A stretch of 64,000 nt of DNA from Myxococcota bacterium (lineage in GTDB: Bacteria; Myxococcota_A; Polyangia; Polyangiales; Sandaracinaceae), in NCBI GenBank assembly GCA_036149055.1, contig JAYZQJ010000253.1:1-64000 (forward strand), in the 5' to 3' direction. Below are positions 38,639 through 48,459 of this stretch, one piece after another. The notes under the pieces are model-generated. The model did not search any database and was not told where the DNA came from. It saw only the letters and a program-made list of their open reading frames with translations. Position numbers and translations under genes: made by a program. Within the stretch, counting starts at the first letter, position 1. Each line of letters starts with the position of its first letter.

Positions 38639-40429
38639 TTGTCAGCGCTCTCGACCCTGATCGAGGCCCACCAGGCGGCCATCGCGCTCGCCGTGCTGGG
38701 CCTCACCTTCCTCGGGTTCTTCCTCGAGCGGTTCCCGCCCGCGGTGGTGGCCACGCTCGGCGCCGCGACCTTCCTGGCGCTCGGGCTCCTGCCGGTGGAC
38801 GACGCCCTGGCCGCGTTCTCGAACAGCGCGCCCGTGACGATCGGCGCGATGTTCATCCTCTCGGCCGCGCTCGTGAGGACGGGGGTCATCGACGGGCTCG
38901 CCGGCTGGACGCTCCGGATCGCCGAGCGGCGGCCGCTGCTCGCGTTCGTGCTCCTCTTCGGCGGCGCCACGATCGGCTCGGCGTTCATGAACAACACGCC
39001 GGTCGTGCTGGTCCTGATCCCGGTGGTCTCGGAGCTCGGGCGCGCGCTCGGGGTGCCGCGTCGCCGGCTGCTCATCCCGCTCAGCTACGTGGCGATCCTC
39101 GGCGGGACCTGCACGCTGATCGGGACGTCGACCAACCTGCTCATCGACGGCGTGGCCCGGCGCGCGGGGCAGGCGCCGTTCGGGGTCTTCGAGATCACCC
39201 CGGTCGGCCTGACCGTCGCGGCGGTCGGCGGCGTGCTGTTGCTGCTGCTCGGCCGCTGGCTGCTCCCCGCCGACGACCCGAGCGAGCCGACGCTCCGCTC
39301 GCCGCAGGTCTTCCTCAGCGCGCTGCGCGTCCCGCGGGAATCCCCGGTGGTCGGCCAGGCGCTCGAGGAGGTCCGCGCCTTCTCCCCCCGAGGCGTCGAG
39401 GTGTTCAGCGTGCGGCGGGGCAGCGAGCTGCTGAGCGGCGCGGCCCTCGAGGGGCTCGTGCTCGAGGCGGACGACAGGGTGAACGTGCGCGCCAGCCTCG
39501 AGGAGCTGCTGACCCTGGCCCGCGACGAGCGCTTCGACGCGGGCCTCACCCGGCGCGCGCTGCCCGAGGGAGAGCCGCGGCGCCTGGTCGAGGTGAGCGT
39601 CGCGCCCAACCACGAGGCGATCGGGGAGCGGCTCGAGGTCATGCCCCTGCTCTCGCGCTGGCCGGTGCGGGTGGTCGGCGTCACCCGCTTCCGTCACCTC
39701 GCCGGCCCCGAGCTCGGCACGGCGCGGATCCGCGGCGGCGACCGGCTGCTCGTGGAGGCGGACGCGGCGAGCCTGGAGGGCATGGCGCGCAGCACCACCC
39801 TCATGGTCTGGGGCGAGACCCAGGCCCACCCCTACCGTCGCCGGCACGCCGCGCTCGCGGTCGGCGCGCTCGCGTTCGTCGTCGCGGTCAGCGCGTTCGA
39901 CGTCCTGCCCATCGCGGCCGCCGCGCTGATCGCGGTGGCGGTGGTGCTCGCGTCGCGCTGCGTCGACCACGAGGACGCGTGGCGCGCGCTCGATGGCAAC
40001 GTGCTCGTGCTCATCTTCGCGATGTTGATGATGGGCCGCGCCATCGAGAGCTCGGGCGCGCTGGCGGTCGTGGTCGAGGCGCTCTCGCCGACGCTCGAGG
40101 GCCTGCCGCCGTTCGCGCTGCTGCTCGCCGTCTACGCGCTCTCGTCGCTCCTGACCGAGCTGGTGACCAACAACGCGGTCGCGGTGGTGCTCACGCCGCT
40201 GGTCCTGTCGCTGGGTGACCGCCTCGGCGTCGACCCGCGCGCCCTGGTCGTGGCGGTGATGTTCGGGGCGAGCGCCAGCTTCGCCACCCCGGTCGGCTAC
40301 CAGACGAACACCCTCGTCTACGCCGCCGGCCGCTACCGCTTCGCCGACTTCCTGCGCATCGGCCTGCCCATGAACGTGCTGGTCGGCCTCGCCACCTGCG
40401 TGGCCATCCAGCTCCTGATGCTGGGCTGA
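38639..40429 (+). CDS. SLC13/CitMHS-family permease with TrkA-C domains
   Basis: Multiple TM helices; motifs SAFMNNTP, GTCTLIGTSTN, TNNA, TPVGYQTN; central RCK_C-like repeats. Confidence 0.9.
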   Translation: MSALSTLIEAHQAAIALAVLGLTFLGFFLERFPPAVVATLGAATFLALGLLPVDDALAAFSNSAPVTIGAMFILSAALVRTGVIDGLAGWTLRIAERRPLLAFVLLFGGATIGSAFMNNTPVVLVLIPVVSELGRALGVPRRRLLIPLSYVAILGGTCTLIGTSTNLLIDGVARRAGQAPFGVFEITPVGLTVAAVGGVLLLLLGRWLLPADDPSEPTLRSPQVFLSALRVPRESPVVGQALEEVRAFSPRGVEVFSVRRGSELLSGAALEGLVLEADDRVNVRASLEELLTLARDERFDAGLTRRALPEGEPRRLVEVSVAPNHEAIGERLEVMPLLSRWPVRVVGVTRFRHLAGPELGTARIRGGDRLLVEADAASLEGMARSTTLMVWGETQAHPYRRRHAALAVGALAFVVAVSAFDVLPIAAAALIAVAVVLASRCVDHEDAWRALDGNVLVLIFAMLMMGRAIESSGALAVVVEALSPTLEGLPPFALLLAVYALSSLLTELVTNNAVAVVLTPLVLSLGDRLGVDPRALVVAVMFGASASFATPVGYQTNTLVYAAGRYRFADFLRIGLPMNVLVGLATCVAIQLLMLG

Positions 40430-41239
40430 TCACCCCTCCGGCGGGATGCTCTTGCGGGTCACGGGGACGAAGTGACCGACCGGGCCGATGCCGCCGCCGA
40501 CCTTCGGCGGGTTGCGGATGGCCTCCGTCAGCCAGCCCTTCGCCTCCGAGACCGCCTCGAGCAGCGGCTCGCCGCGCGCGAGGAGCGCGGTGATCGCGGC
40601 GGAGTAGGTGCAGCCCGTGCCGTGGGTGTGGGCCGAGTCCACCCGCTCCGCGCTCAGCACGGTGAGGTGGCCGTCGACGAAGAGGAGGTCCACCGCGTTG
40701 TCGCCCGAGAGGTGCCCGCCCTTGATGAGCACCCCGCGCGGGCCGAGCTTCTGCAGGGCGCGCGCCGCGTCGCGGGCGCTGACGCGGTCCTTCACCTCGA
40801 AGCCGACGAGCCACGAGGCCTCGTGGGCGTTGGGCGTGATGAGCGTCGCGTGAGGGAAGAGCCGGTCGCGCATCGCGAACGCGGCGTCCTCCTCGATGAG
40901 GCGCGCGCCGTGCTTGCTGATCATCACCGGGTCGACCACGAGCGGGAACGTGAAGCGCTCGGCCAGCGCGGCCACCGCCTCGACGACGCCCCGGGTGCCG
41001 AGCGCCCCGGTCTTGGCGGCCTGCGGGGGCACGTCCTCGAGCACCGCCTCGACCTGATCGATGACCAGCTGGGGCCGCATCACCTCCACGTGGGAGACGC
41101 GCTTCGTGTTCTGCACCGTGAGCAGGGTGATGGCCGCGGTGCCGTACACGCCGTGCTGGTGGAAGGTCTTGAGATCCGCCTGGATGCCGGCGCCGCCCGA
41201 GGGGTCGGAGCCGGCGATGGTGAGCGCCACTGCCGTCAT
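40430..41239 (-). CDS. thiD: Hydroxymethylpyrimidine/phosphomethylpyrimidine kinase
   Basis: Motifs [38 protein letters not shown]. Confidence 0.95.
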   Translation of the reverse strand: MTAVALTIAGSDPSGGAGIQADLKTFHQHGVYGTAAITLLTVQNTKRVSHVEVMRPQLVIDQVEAVLEDVPPQAAKTGALGTRGVVEAVAALAERFTFPLVVDPVMISKHGARLIEEDAAFAMRDRLFPHATLITPNAHEASWLVGFEVKDRVSARDAARALQKLGPRGVLIKGGHLSGDNAVDLLFVDGHLTVLSAERVDSAHTHGTGCTYSAAITALLARGEPLLEAVSEAKGWLTEAIRNPPKVGGGIGPVGHFVPVTRKSIPPEG

Positions 41240-41304
41240 CGAGGCGGACCATAGCAGGCCATTTCCTTTCCAGCCGCGGGTCGATGTTGCACACTTGGTA
41301 CATC

Positions 41305-42432
41305 GTGAAAACCCGGGAGACGATGGCGCTGACGGCCGCGCTGCTCTGCATGCTGATGGGCGGACAGGCGCGGGCCGACGAGGATGGAGATCCGCTCACC
41401 GATCCGGTGACCGAGGCCGGCCAACGCGCCCGGGGGCTCTATCTGGGGGCCACGTTCACCCGGCAGCACGGCGCCGAGGGGGTGCTCGCGGAGGTGCAGC
41501 GCACCCGCATGAACGCGGTGGTGCTCGACCTGAAGGACGCCGAGGGGCGGGTCCACTACGACAGCGCGGTCCCCGAGGTGCAGGCCGCCGAGACCGGCTG
41601 GCTGGGCGACGCGCGGGCCCTGGTCGCGGAGCTGCAGGAGAACGACGTCTACGTCATCGGGCGCATCGTCTGCTTCGCCGACCATCAGCTCCCGGCGCGG
41701 GTGCCCGACCGCGCGATCCAGGACATCCGCCCCTCCCGCGACATCTGGACGAGCTGGGGCACCGGCGGCACCTGGCTCGACCCGCACCACCCCGAGAACC
41801 ACCGCATGGTGGTGGCGCTGGCCCGCGAGGCGGAGGCGCTCGGCTTCGACGAGGTGCAGCTCGACTACGTGCGCTTCCCGGTCGACGACGGCACCCAGTA
41901 CGCGCGCTATCCGGCCGAGACCGAGGAGGAGCGGCCCGAGGTGCTGATGCGGCTGCTGCGCGCGGTCGACGAGGCCATCGACATCCCGCTCGGGGTCGAC
42001 GTCTTCGGCCTCGCGGCCCTCCGCCGGGGCGACCCGTCGGGGCTCGGGCAGGACCTCGAGGCGTGGACCCGCTACGTCGAGGTCTTCACCCCGATGCTCT
42101 ACATCAACTCGATGCGGAACTGGCTCCGGGGCGAGGAGGACCGGGCCTACCGGCTCGTGTACGCCGGCATCCACACGCTCCGGCGGCGCCTCGGCCGCGA
42201 GGCGGTGATCCGGCCGTTCCTCCAGGCGTTCCGGCAGGGCGCGGACGAGTTCGACACCCACTTCATCTTCCAGCAGGTCCGGGCCGCCCGCCGCGGCCGC
42301 GCCGACGGCTTCCTCTTCTGGAACCCCGGCCACACCTACGGGGTGGTGCGCCGGGCCATGCGCCGCGAGGTCCGCTACCTGCTGCCGTTCCCGATCCCCG
42401 AGGGCGTGATCCGCTCCCGGCTCTCGCCCTGA
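41305..42432 (+). CDS. Putative secreted glycoside hydrolase (DUF4015-like TIM barrel)
   Basis: Signal peptide; motifs [36 protein letters not shown]. Start uncertain (41284/41305/41323). Confidence 0.8.
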   Translation: MKTRETMALTAALLCMLMGGQARADEDGDPLTDPVTEAGQRARGLYLGATFTRQHGAEGVLAEVQRTRMNAVVLDLKDAEGRVHYDSAVPEVQAAETGWLGDARALVAELQENDVYVIGRIVCFADHQLPARVPDRAIQDIRPSRDIWTSWGTGGTWLDPHHPENHRMVVALAREAEALGFDEVQLDYVRFPVDDGTQYARYPAETEEERPEVLMRLLRAVDEAIDIPLGVDVFGLAALRRGDPSGLGQDLEAWTRYVEVFTPMLYINSMRNWLRGEEDRAYRLVYAGIHTLRRRLGREAVIRPFLQAFRQGADEFDTHFIFQQVRAARRGRADGFLFWNPGHTYGVVRRAMRREVRYLLPFPIPEGVIRSRLSP

Positions 42433-42493
42433 GCCGCGCCGCAGGGCGCGCGCTGTCCTTTTCGCCGCACGCTGCTAGGTTGCCCGGCCGACG

Positions 42494-43954
42494 ATGCGCC
42501 GCCGGATCTCCAGCCTGTCGCTCTTCGTCGCGCTCGGCGCGCTGGCCGGCGTGATCTGGCCGGGGTGCGGGGAGGAGGCGCCCGCCCCCGCGGCGACGGA
42601 AGAGACCGCGGCGGAGCCCGAGGACGACGCGGAGGCCGCGCTCGAGCCCGAGGAGGAGGGGCCGCCGCCCGGCGTCGACCACACCATCGGCGAGGGCCAG
42701 ACGCTCTGGGCCATCGCGCGCGCCTACGGCGTGTCGGTCGCCGACATCATGGAGGCGAACGAGCTCCGCCCGCGCGACGTGCGCCGGCTGCGGGCCGGGG
42801 AGACCTTGCGCATCCCGGGCGCGGAGGCCGCGGTGACCGTCGAGGACGCGCCGGCCGAGCCCGAGGAGCTGCCGCCGGTCGAGGACGGCGCCTACCACCG
42901 CCTCGCCAACGGGGAGACGCTCTGGGACGTCGCGCGCCTCTACGAGGTCGGCATGGACGCCATCATGGAGCGCAACGAATTCGACGACGACGCCGTCCGG
43001 CTCCTCCGGCCGGGGCAGGCCATCGTCGTCCCCGGGGTGACCGAGCGGCAGGTCGAGCGCGCGACCGAGGACCGCGAGGCGACCCTCGCCGCGAGCCGGG
43101 CGACGCGGGGCTTCCGGCACACGGTGACCGAAGGCGAGACGATCTGGGATCTCGCGAGCTCGTTCGGGGTCACCACCAACGAGATCATGGCCGCCAACGG
43201 CCTGAACGAAGAGGGCGTGCGGAACCTGCGCGCCGGCGCGCGGCTCTGGATCCCGGGCGTGGAGCAGGACCAGGGCGGGCGCGTGCGCCGCACCCTGACG
43301 CGCCGTCAGCAGCGCGCCTTGACCCGGGCCGCGAACCTCGGCCTCGGGACCCGGGAGGCGGCGCGGGACCTGCTCCACGGGCGGGTGAACGCGCGCTGGG
43401 TCCGCGCGGCGCGAGGCCGCCGTGGCCGGCTGCCCGGGAGCCTGCGCTGGCCGGTGACCAACGGCTGGTACGTCCGGGGCTACGGCTCCGGCGAGGGCGG
43501 CTATCACCTCGCGGTCGACATCATGGGCCGCATCGGCTGGAACGTGCGCGCCGCCGCTCCGGGCATCGTCGGCTACGCGGACGACGGCGTGCCCGGCTAC
43601 GGCAACATGGTGCTCCTCGTGCACCCCGGCGGGTGGGTGACGATGTACGCGCACAACTCGGCGAACTCCGTCGTGGCCGGGGAGCGCGTGCCCCGCGGCG
43701 GCATCATCGGCGAGGTCGGCTCCACCGGCATCAGCCGCGGCCCGCACGTGCACTTCGAGCTGATCTTCGACGGGCAGAACTGCGACCCCGCGCCGCTCTT
43801 CCGCCCCGGCATCCGCCACCGGGACGGACACCTCAGCCCGCTGGCCACCGCCGACTGGCGCCGCCCGGGAGACCGCCCCGACGCGGTCCGCTGCGCCCGG
43901 CGCCGCCGCCACCCTCGCTCCCGCTGGGTGGCCCACGAGTCCTTCGACCAGTAG
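42494..43954 (+). CDS. LysM x3 + M23 peptidase lipoprotein
   Basis: Lipobox WPG-C, three G(Q/E)T(L/I)W LysM repeats, M23 motifs HLAVD, YAHN, GPHVHFE. Confidence 0.92.
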   Translation: MRRRISSLSLFVALGALAGVIWPGCGEEAPAPAATEETAAEPEDDAEAALEPEEEGPPPGVDHTIGEGQTLWAIARAYGVSVADIMEANELRPRDVRRLRAGETLRIPGAEAAVTVEDAPAEPEELPPVEDGAYHRLANGETLWDVARLYEVGMDAIMERNEFDDDAVRLLRPGQAIVVPGVTERQVERATEDREATLAASRATRGFRHTVTEGETIWDLASSFGVTTNEIMAANGLNEEGVRNLRAGARLWIPGVEQDQGGRVRRTLTRRQQRALTRAANLGLGTREAARDLLHGRVNARWVRAARGRRGRLPGSLRWPVTNGWYVRGYGSGEGGYHLAVDIMGRIGWNVRAAAPGIVGYADDGVPGYGNMVLLVHPGGWVTMYAHNSANSVVAGERVPRGGIIGEVGSTGISRGPHVHFELIFDGQNCDPAPLFRPGIRHRDGHLSPLATADWRRPGDRPDAVRCARRRRHPRSRWVAHESFDQ

Positions 43955-43958
43955 CGGC

Positions 43959-45257
43959 TCAGCGCGTGTACGCGGGGCGCTCGGCGTCCTCGCGGGCGCC
44001 GTGCAGCACCAGGGCGTCGTGCAGGCTCTGGGCGCGCCCGCGGTGACAGGTGACCCTTCGACGGCGCGCGGGCGGATCGTGGCACCAGCGCAGGGTCTCC
44101 TCGAGGGTCCGCTCGAGGGTCTGCGAGGGGCGCCCCACCCCGCGCGCCCGGCGGACGAACTCCTCCAGGTAGGCCTCCGCCTGACGCAGCTGCTCGACCG
44201 TTCCGTCCCGGTGCTCGTGGTAGAGGACCGCGAGATCGAACCAGGCCTCGGCGCGCGCCGCGTCGATCTCGAGCGCGGCCCGATAGGAGGCCTCCGCCTC
44301 GTCGGGTCGGCGCAGGCCGCGGAGCGCGACGCCGAGGCCGACCGCGGCGTCGTAGCTCTCGGGGCGCAGCGCTCGCGCCTCGCCGAAGGCCCGCGCCGCG
44401 TCCTCGTAGGCGCGCTGCGAGAGCGTGAGCTGGCCGAAGTTCATGTGGGCCTCGAAGAGGCTCGGGTCGAGCGCCCGCGCCCGCGCGAGCTTGGCCACCG
44501 CGGCGGTCACGTCGCCCCGCGCCACGTCGATCAGCGCCCAGGTGTTGTAGATGGGCGCGTAGGCGTCATCGACGAGCTGCGCCTGGCGGCAGACCACCGC
44601 CGCGAGGTCGAGCAGCTCCGGCCGCGCCTCGCTCATCGCGAGGTAGACCAACGCCATCTGGTTCAGCGCGGGCAGGTAGTCGCTCCGGGAGGCCAGGGCC
44701 CGGCGCAGGGAATCGATGGCCGCCTCGCGCTGGTCGGGATCCTCGCTCTGGAGCACGGCGAGGTTCAGGTAGGCGGGCGCGCAGCGGGCGTTCCGCGCGA
44801 TCGCCGCCTCGAGGGCCGCGCGCGCCTCGACCGACCGGCCGCGCTCCATCAGCCGGGCCGCGAGCGCGGTGCGGGGCTCGCAGAGCTCCGGGTCCAGCTC
44901 GACCGAGCGCTCGTAGAGCCGCCGGGCGCCGTCCTCGTTGCCGCAGCGCTCGGCCACGAGCCCGCTCATGTAGACGGCGCGGGCGTCTTGCGCGCCGTCG
45001 CCGGTGCGGATGGCCTCGAACGCCGCGAGGCTCTCCCGGCAGGCCTCTCCGTCCCACGCGCCGGCGGCGTCGTGGCGGGCGAAGACCTCGCTCGCGTCCT
45101 CCCACGCGCGGGTGACCTGGGCCTCGGAGGGCGGGCGCGCCGGATCGCCCACGAGGGGCGTCACCGTCGGCGTGTGCGCGCACCCGACCGCCGCCGCCCA
45201 CCCGAGCGGAAGGACGACGGCCCAGACCGACGCCAGCGCAGACCTGTCTTCTCCCAT
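43959..45257 (-). CDS. TPR-repeat lipoprotein (GltE/AglT-like)
   Basis: Lipobox AVG-C and many TPRs (AYLNLAVL, AHMNFG, AWFDLAVLY). The gliding-protein resemblance is by eye only. Confidence 0.7.
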   Translation of the reverse strand: MGEDRSALASVWAVVLPLGWAAAVGCAHTPTVTPLVGDPARPPSEAQVTRAWEDASEVFARHDAAGAWDGEACRESLAAFEAIRTGDGAQDARAVYMSGLVAERCGNEDGARRLYERSVELDPELCEPRTALAARLMERGRSVEARAALEAAIARNARCAPAYLNLAVLQSEDPDQREAAIDSLRRALASRSDYLPALNQMALVYLAMSEARPELLDLAAVVCRQAQLVDDAYAPIYNTWALIDVARGDVTAAVAKLARARALDPSLFEAHMNFGQLTLSQRAYEDAARAFGEARALRPESYDAAVGLGVALRGLRRPDEAEASYRAALEIDAARAEAWFDLAVLYHEHRDGTVEQLRQAEAYLEEFVRRARGVGRPSQTLERTLEETLRWCHDPPARRRRVTCHRGRAQSLHDALVLHGAREDAERPAYTR

Positions 45258-45311
45258 GCGACCTCCTCGAGCGTCTTCGAGGGCCGCGGAGGTCGATCCT
45301 TGGGCGCGATC

Positions 45312-46307
45312 TCAGGCCCGGACCCGGGCGATCCGGATCGGGGGGCCGGCGCGGACCTCGAGGCGACGGAGGCGCTCGAAGCGCTCGCCGTCGACGATCG
45401 GGCTGAGGGGCTCGTCGAGCGCCTCGATGATCATCTCCCGGCCCGAGGTGTCGCGCAGCTTCGGGCCCTCGATGGCGCCGCCGCTCACGATGGCGGGGAG
45501 GTTGCGGATGATCGCGGCCGGGTCGATCTCGCCGGCCTGGAAGTGCAGGACGCCGGGCTCGCGGGCGAGCGGGAAGACGCGCACGACCCCGCCCAGGTTG
45601 ATGTCGAAGGCGCCGGCGTGGAGGCCGCCGTGGCGGGTCGACGCGAGCGCCTCGCCGTCGATGGTCACCGTCGCGATCGTCGGGCGAAAGAGGTGCGCCG
45701 CGTAGCTCCCGTTCGCCACGAGGCCGGGCACCAGCCGCGCCGCGGTGAACTCGCTGACGGTGCGCCCGATCACCTTCGCGATCGTGGCCGGGCTCGGCTC
45801 CGGGTCGGCGTAGTACTTGTCGAAGAAGCGGTTGCCGACTCCGCCCGCCGCGAGCGCGAAGCCCACCCGGTCGAAGGGCTGCCCGTCGTCGAAGGCGCCC
45901 TGCAGGTGGAGCGAGTCGAGGGTGACCTCCGGCGGCGGCGCGCCCTTCATCGCGCAGGCGGTCAGGGCCCGCACGATCGACTCCGATCGCCCGCGCACCC
46001 CGACCTTCCGGGCCACGAAGTCGATCGTGCCGCCGTTGGTCGGGACGAAGGTGGGCCAGTCGGCGGGATCCGGGCGGAGCGCGCGCACGGTGTTGATCAG
46101 CCAGTGGAGCGCGCCGTCGCCGCCGTCGCTGACGAGGTGGGTGGTGCGCGGCAGGAGCCGCTCGAGCGTGGCGCCGAGGGCGTCGATCGACGGCGTCTCG
46201 TGCACCTCGCCCCACGACCCGAGGAGCCGGGTGAGCCGCCGGGCTCGAGCGCCGCGGTCCTTTCGGTTCCGCCGCGCGAGGGGGTTGAGGACCACGCCGA
46301 GGTACAT
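45312..46307 (-). CDS. Diacylglycerol kinase catalytic-domain family protein
   Basis: Motifs VLNP, DGGDG, PTNGGTIDFVAR, VDGE. Confidence 0.8.
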   Translation of the reverse strand: MYLGVVLNPLARRNRKDRGARARRLTRLLGSWGEVHETPSIDALGATLERLLPRTTHLVSDGGDGALHWLINTVRALRPDPADWPTFVPTNGGTIDFVARKVGVRGRSESIVRALTACAMKGAPPPEVTLDSLHLQGAFDDGQPFDRVGFALAAGGVGNRFFDKYYADPEPSPATIAKVIGRTVSEFTAARLVPGLVANGSYAAHLFRPTIATVTIDGEALASTRHGGLHAGAFDINLGGVVRVFPLAREPGVLHFQAGEIDPAAIIRNLPAIVSGGAIEGPKLRDTSGREMIIEALDEPLSPIVDGERFERLRRLEVRAGPPIRIARVRA

Positions 46308-46370
46308 GCGCGGCCCGAACGTAGCAGGGACGCTCGCGGTTCGCCGGGACCGTGCCATGCTGCGCGCCCG

Positions 46371-47471
46371 ATGAGAGCGCTCACGATCTGGCTGCTCTCG
46401 GCGCTGTTTCTTCTCGGGTGCGAAGACGACGCCGAGCCCATGGAAGAGGTCACCCTCGCCCCCGACTCGCGTCGGGCCGAGCACGCGGGGGAAGATCTCT
46501 ACCGCCGCTACTGCGCGCTCTGCCACGGGCGGGACGGCGAAGGCTACGCGGCCGACGACGCGCCGGCCCTCGCGGCGCCCGAGTGGCTGCGGACCGCGAG
46601 CGACGAGTTCATCCGCTCGGCGATCCAGGAGGGGCGGCCCGGCACCGCGATGAGCGCCTGGTCCCGGACCCACGGCGGCCCGCTCAACGAGGCGCAGATC
46701 GAGGCGATCCTCACCTACCTGCGCAGCTGGCAGCGGCACCCGCAGGTCGACGTCGCGTCGGTGCCGGTCGAGGGCGACGCCGGCCGCGGGGCCGCGGTCT
46801 ACCAGGCCGAGTGCGCCGAGTGTCACGGGGCGCGCGGCGAGGGCGTCGACGCGGTGCAGCTCCGCAACCCGATGCTGCTCGCGAGCGCGACCGACGGCTT
46901 CCTCCAGTACGCGGTGCTGCACGGCCGCACCGGGACCCGGATGCCCGCGTTCCGCGACCGGCTCGCGCCCGACCAGGTCAACGACGTCGTCGCGTTCATC
47001 CGCAGCCTCGACCCCCAGCGCCGTCCGCCGGCCCACGCGCACCCCGGGCCGGATCAGCTCGCCGAGATCCCCGCGCTCTCGGAGATGCAGCTGGTGATCA
47101 ACCCGGAGGGGCGCCAGGCGCGGCTGACCCTGCGGGAGGAGCGCTACGTGCCGGCCGCGCAGGTGAAGCGCGCCCTCGACGAGGGCCGCAAGATGATCCT
47201 CATCGACGCCCGGGCCACGAGCGACTGGCTCTCCGGACGGATCCCCGGCGCGATCCCGATGCCGTTCTACGAGATGGACGACATCGTCGAGGCGCTGCCG
47301 CGGGACGGCACCTGGATCGTCGCCTACTGCGCCTGCCCCCACGCCGCGAGCGGCCGGGTGGTCGACTCGCTCCGGCAGCACGGGTTCGAGAACACCGCCG
47401 TGCTCGACGAGGGCATCGAGCACTGGCGCGAGCAGGGCTTCCCGATGGCCGAGGGCCCCGCTCAGCCGTAG
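46371..47471 (+). CDS. Di-heme cytochrome c-rhodanese fusion lipoprotein
   Basis: Lipobox LLG-C, CALCH and CAECH with Met-ligand motifs GTAMSAW/GTRMPAF, rhodanese motifs IDAR, RIPGA, YCACPHAAS, LDEGIEHW. Confidence 0.88.
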   Translation: MRALTIWLLSALFLLGCEDDAEPMEEVTLAPDSRRAEHAGEDLYRRYCALCHGRDGEGYAADDAPALAAPEWLRTASDEFIRSAIQEGRPGTAMSAWSRTHGGPLNEAQIEAILTYLRSWQRHPQVDVASVPVEGDAGRGAAVYQAECAECHGARGEGVDAVQLRNPMLLASATDGFLQYAVLHGRTGTRMPAFRDRLAPDQVNDVVAFIRSLDPQRRPPAHAHPGPDQLAEIPALSEMQLVINPEGRQARLTLREERYVPAAQVKRALDEGRKMILIDARATSDWLSGRIPGAIPMPFYEMDDIVEALPRDGTWIVAYCACPHAASGRVVDSLRQHGFENTAVLDEGIEHWREQGFPMAEGPAQP

Positions 47472-48079
47472 CGGGCGAGCCAGGTGGTCACCGCCGAGCG
47501 CGCCACCTCCTGCACGTGGTCGGCGTCGACGGCGTCGCGCTGCAGCAGCATGCGCCAGAGCACGCCGCCCTCCAGCATGCCGAGCAGCTCCCGCAGGGCG
47601 CGCTGCTCGTCGTCGAAGCGCACGTGCCCCGCGGCGCGGAGCGCGCGCAGGTGGTCCCGGAGCGGCCCCTGCACCGGCCCCTCGAGGCGCGCGAAGAAGG
47701 TGGCGGCGAGCCGGGGGAACGCGGGCGCCTCGCCGATGAGCAGCCGGAGCGTCTCGGCCGTCGCGGGGCTCGCCAGACCGCGGGCGTAGGCCTCGGCGTA
47801 GGCCATCAGTGACGCCTCGGGATCGCCGCGCGGCACGTCGGCCGCGGTGAGCGCGCACACGAAGGCGTCGCAGCGCTCGGCCAGGATGGCTTCGAACAGC
47901 ACCTCCTTGCTCTCGAAGTGCTTGTAGAGCGTCGCGAGCGAGACCGAGGCCTCCTTGGCCACCTGCCCCACGCTGACCCGCTCGTACCCGCGGGCGCCGA
48001 AGAGCCTCCGCCCCGCCTCGAGGATGGCGGCCCGCTTCTCGGCGGCGACCGCGCGCTGATGTGCTTCGAGCCCGCTCAC
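47462..48079 (-). CDS. TetR/AcrR-family transcriptional regulator
   Basis: AILEAGRRLF...GYERVSVGQVAKEASVSLATLYKHFESKE. GTG start chosen at 48079. Confidence 0.92.
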   Translation of the reverse strand: MSGLEAHQRAVAAEKRAAILEAGRRLFGARGYERVSVGQVAKEASVSLATLYKHFESKEVLFEAILAERCDAFVCALTAADVPRGDPEASLMAYAEAYARGLASPATAETLRLLIGEAPAFPRLAATFFARLEGPVQGPLRDHLRALRAAGHVRFDDEQRALRELLGMLEGGVLWRMLLQRDAVDADHVQEVARSAVTTWLARYG

Positions 48080-48108
48080 CCCCCGAGGATGACACCCCAG
48101 TCCCACAT

Positions 48109-48152
48109 GGTGAAGGGTTGACTTCACCCTTAGGTAGAACCATCACTCTACC
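48109..48152. promoter_or_regulatory. Two tandem 20-bp palindromes, candidate TetR operators in a divergent promoter
   Basis: GGTGAAG-N6-CTTCACC (48109-48128) and GGTAGA-N8-TCTACC (48133-48152). A TTGACT -35-like hexamer lies at 48118. Confidence 0.65.
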
Positions 48153-48458
48153 ATGAAGACGATCCCCCTCGCCCTCGCCCTGACGCTCGGCCTGTCCGGC
48201 TGCGCGGTCGGCGCGACCGGCTACGCCAGCGGCGCCCTCCTCCCGAGCGACTCCGGCTGGAGCGACCCCGGCGTCGCCACCGTCGCCCGGATCCCCCCGC
48301 GCCGCCCCGAGGCCCAGGTGGCCATCCCGGGTGACGCCACGCCCCCGCGCACCCGCACCACGCTCGTGCACCGCGACGCGCCCCTCACCCCCTGGGTCCC
48401 GAGCGATCCGGGCTGGCGCGCGCCCACCGACGAGCAGGTCGTCGCGGCCGCGGACTGA
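48153..48458 (+). CDS. Small hypothetical lipoprotein
   Basis: MKTIPLALALTLGLSG-C lipobox and a repeated (L/V)PSDxGW motif. Confidence 0.65.
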   Translation: MKTIPLALALTLGLSGCAVGATGYASGALLPSDSGWSDPGVATVARIPPRRPEAQVAIPGDATPPRTRTTLVHRDAPLTPWVPSDPGWRAPTDEQVVAAAD

Positions 48459-48459
48459 C

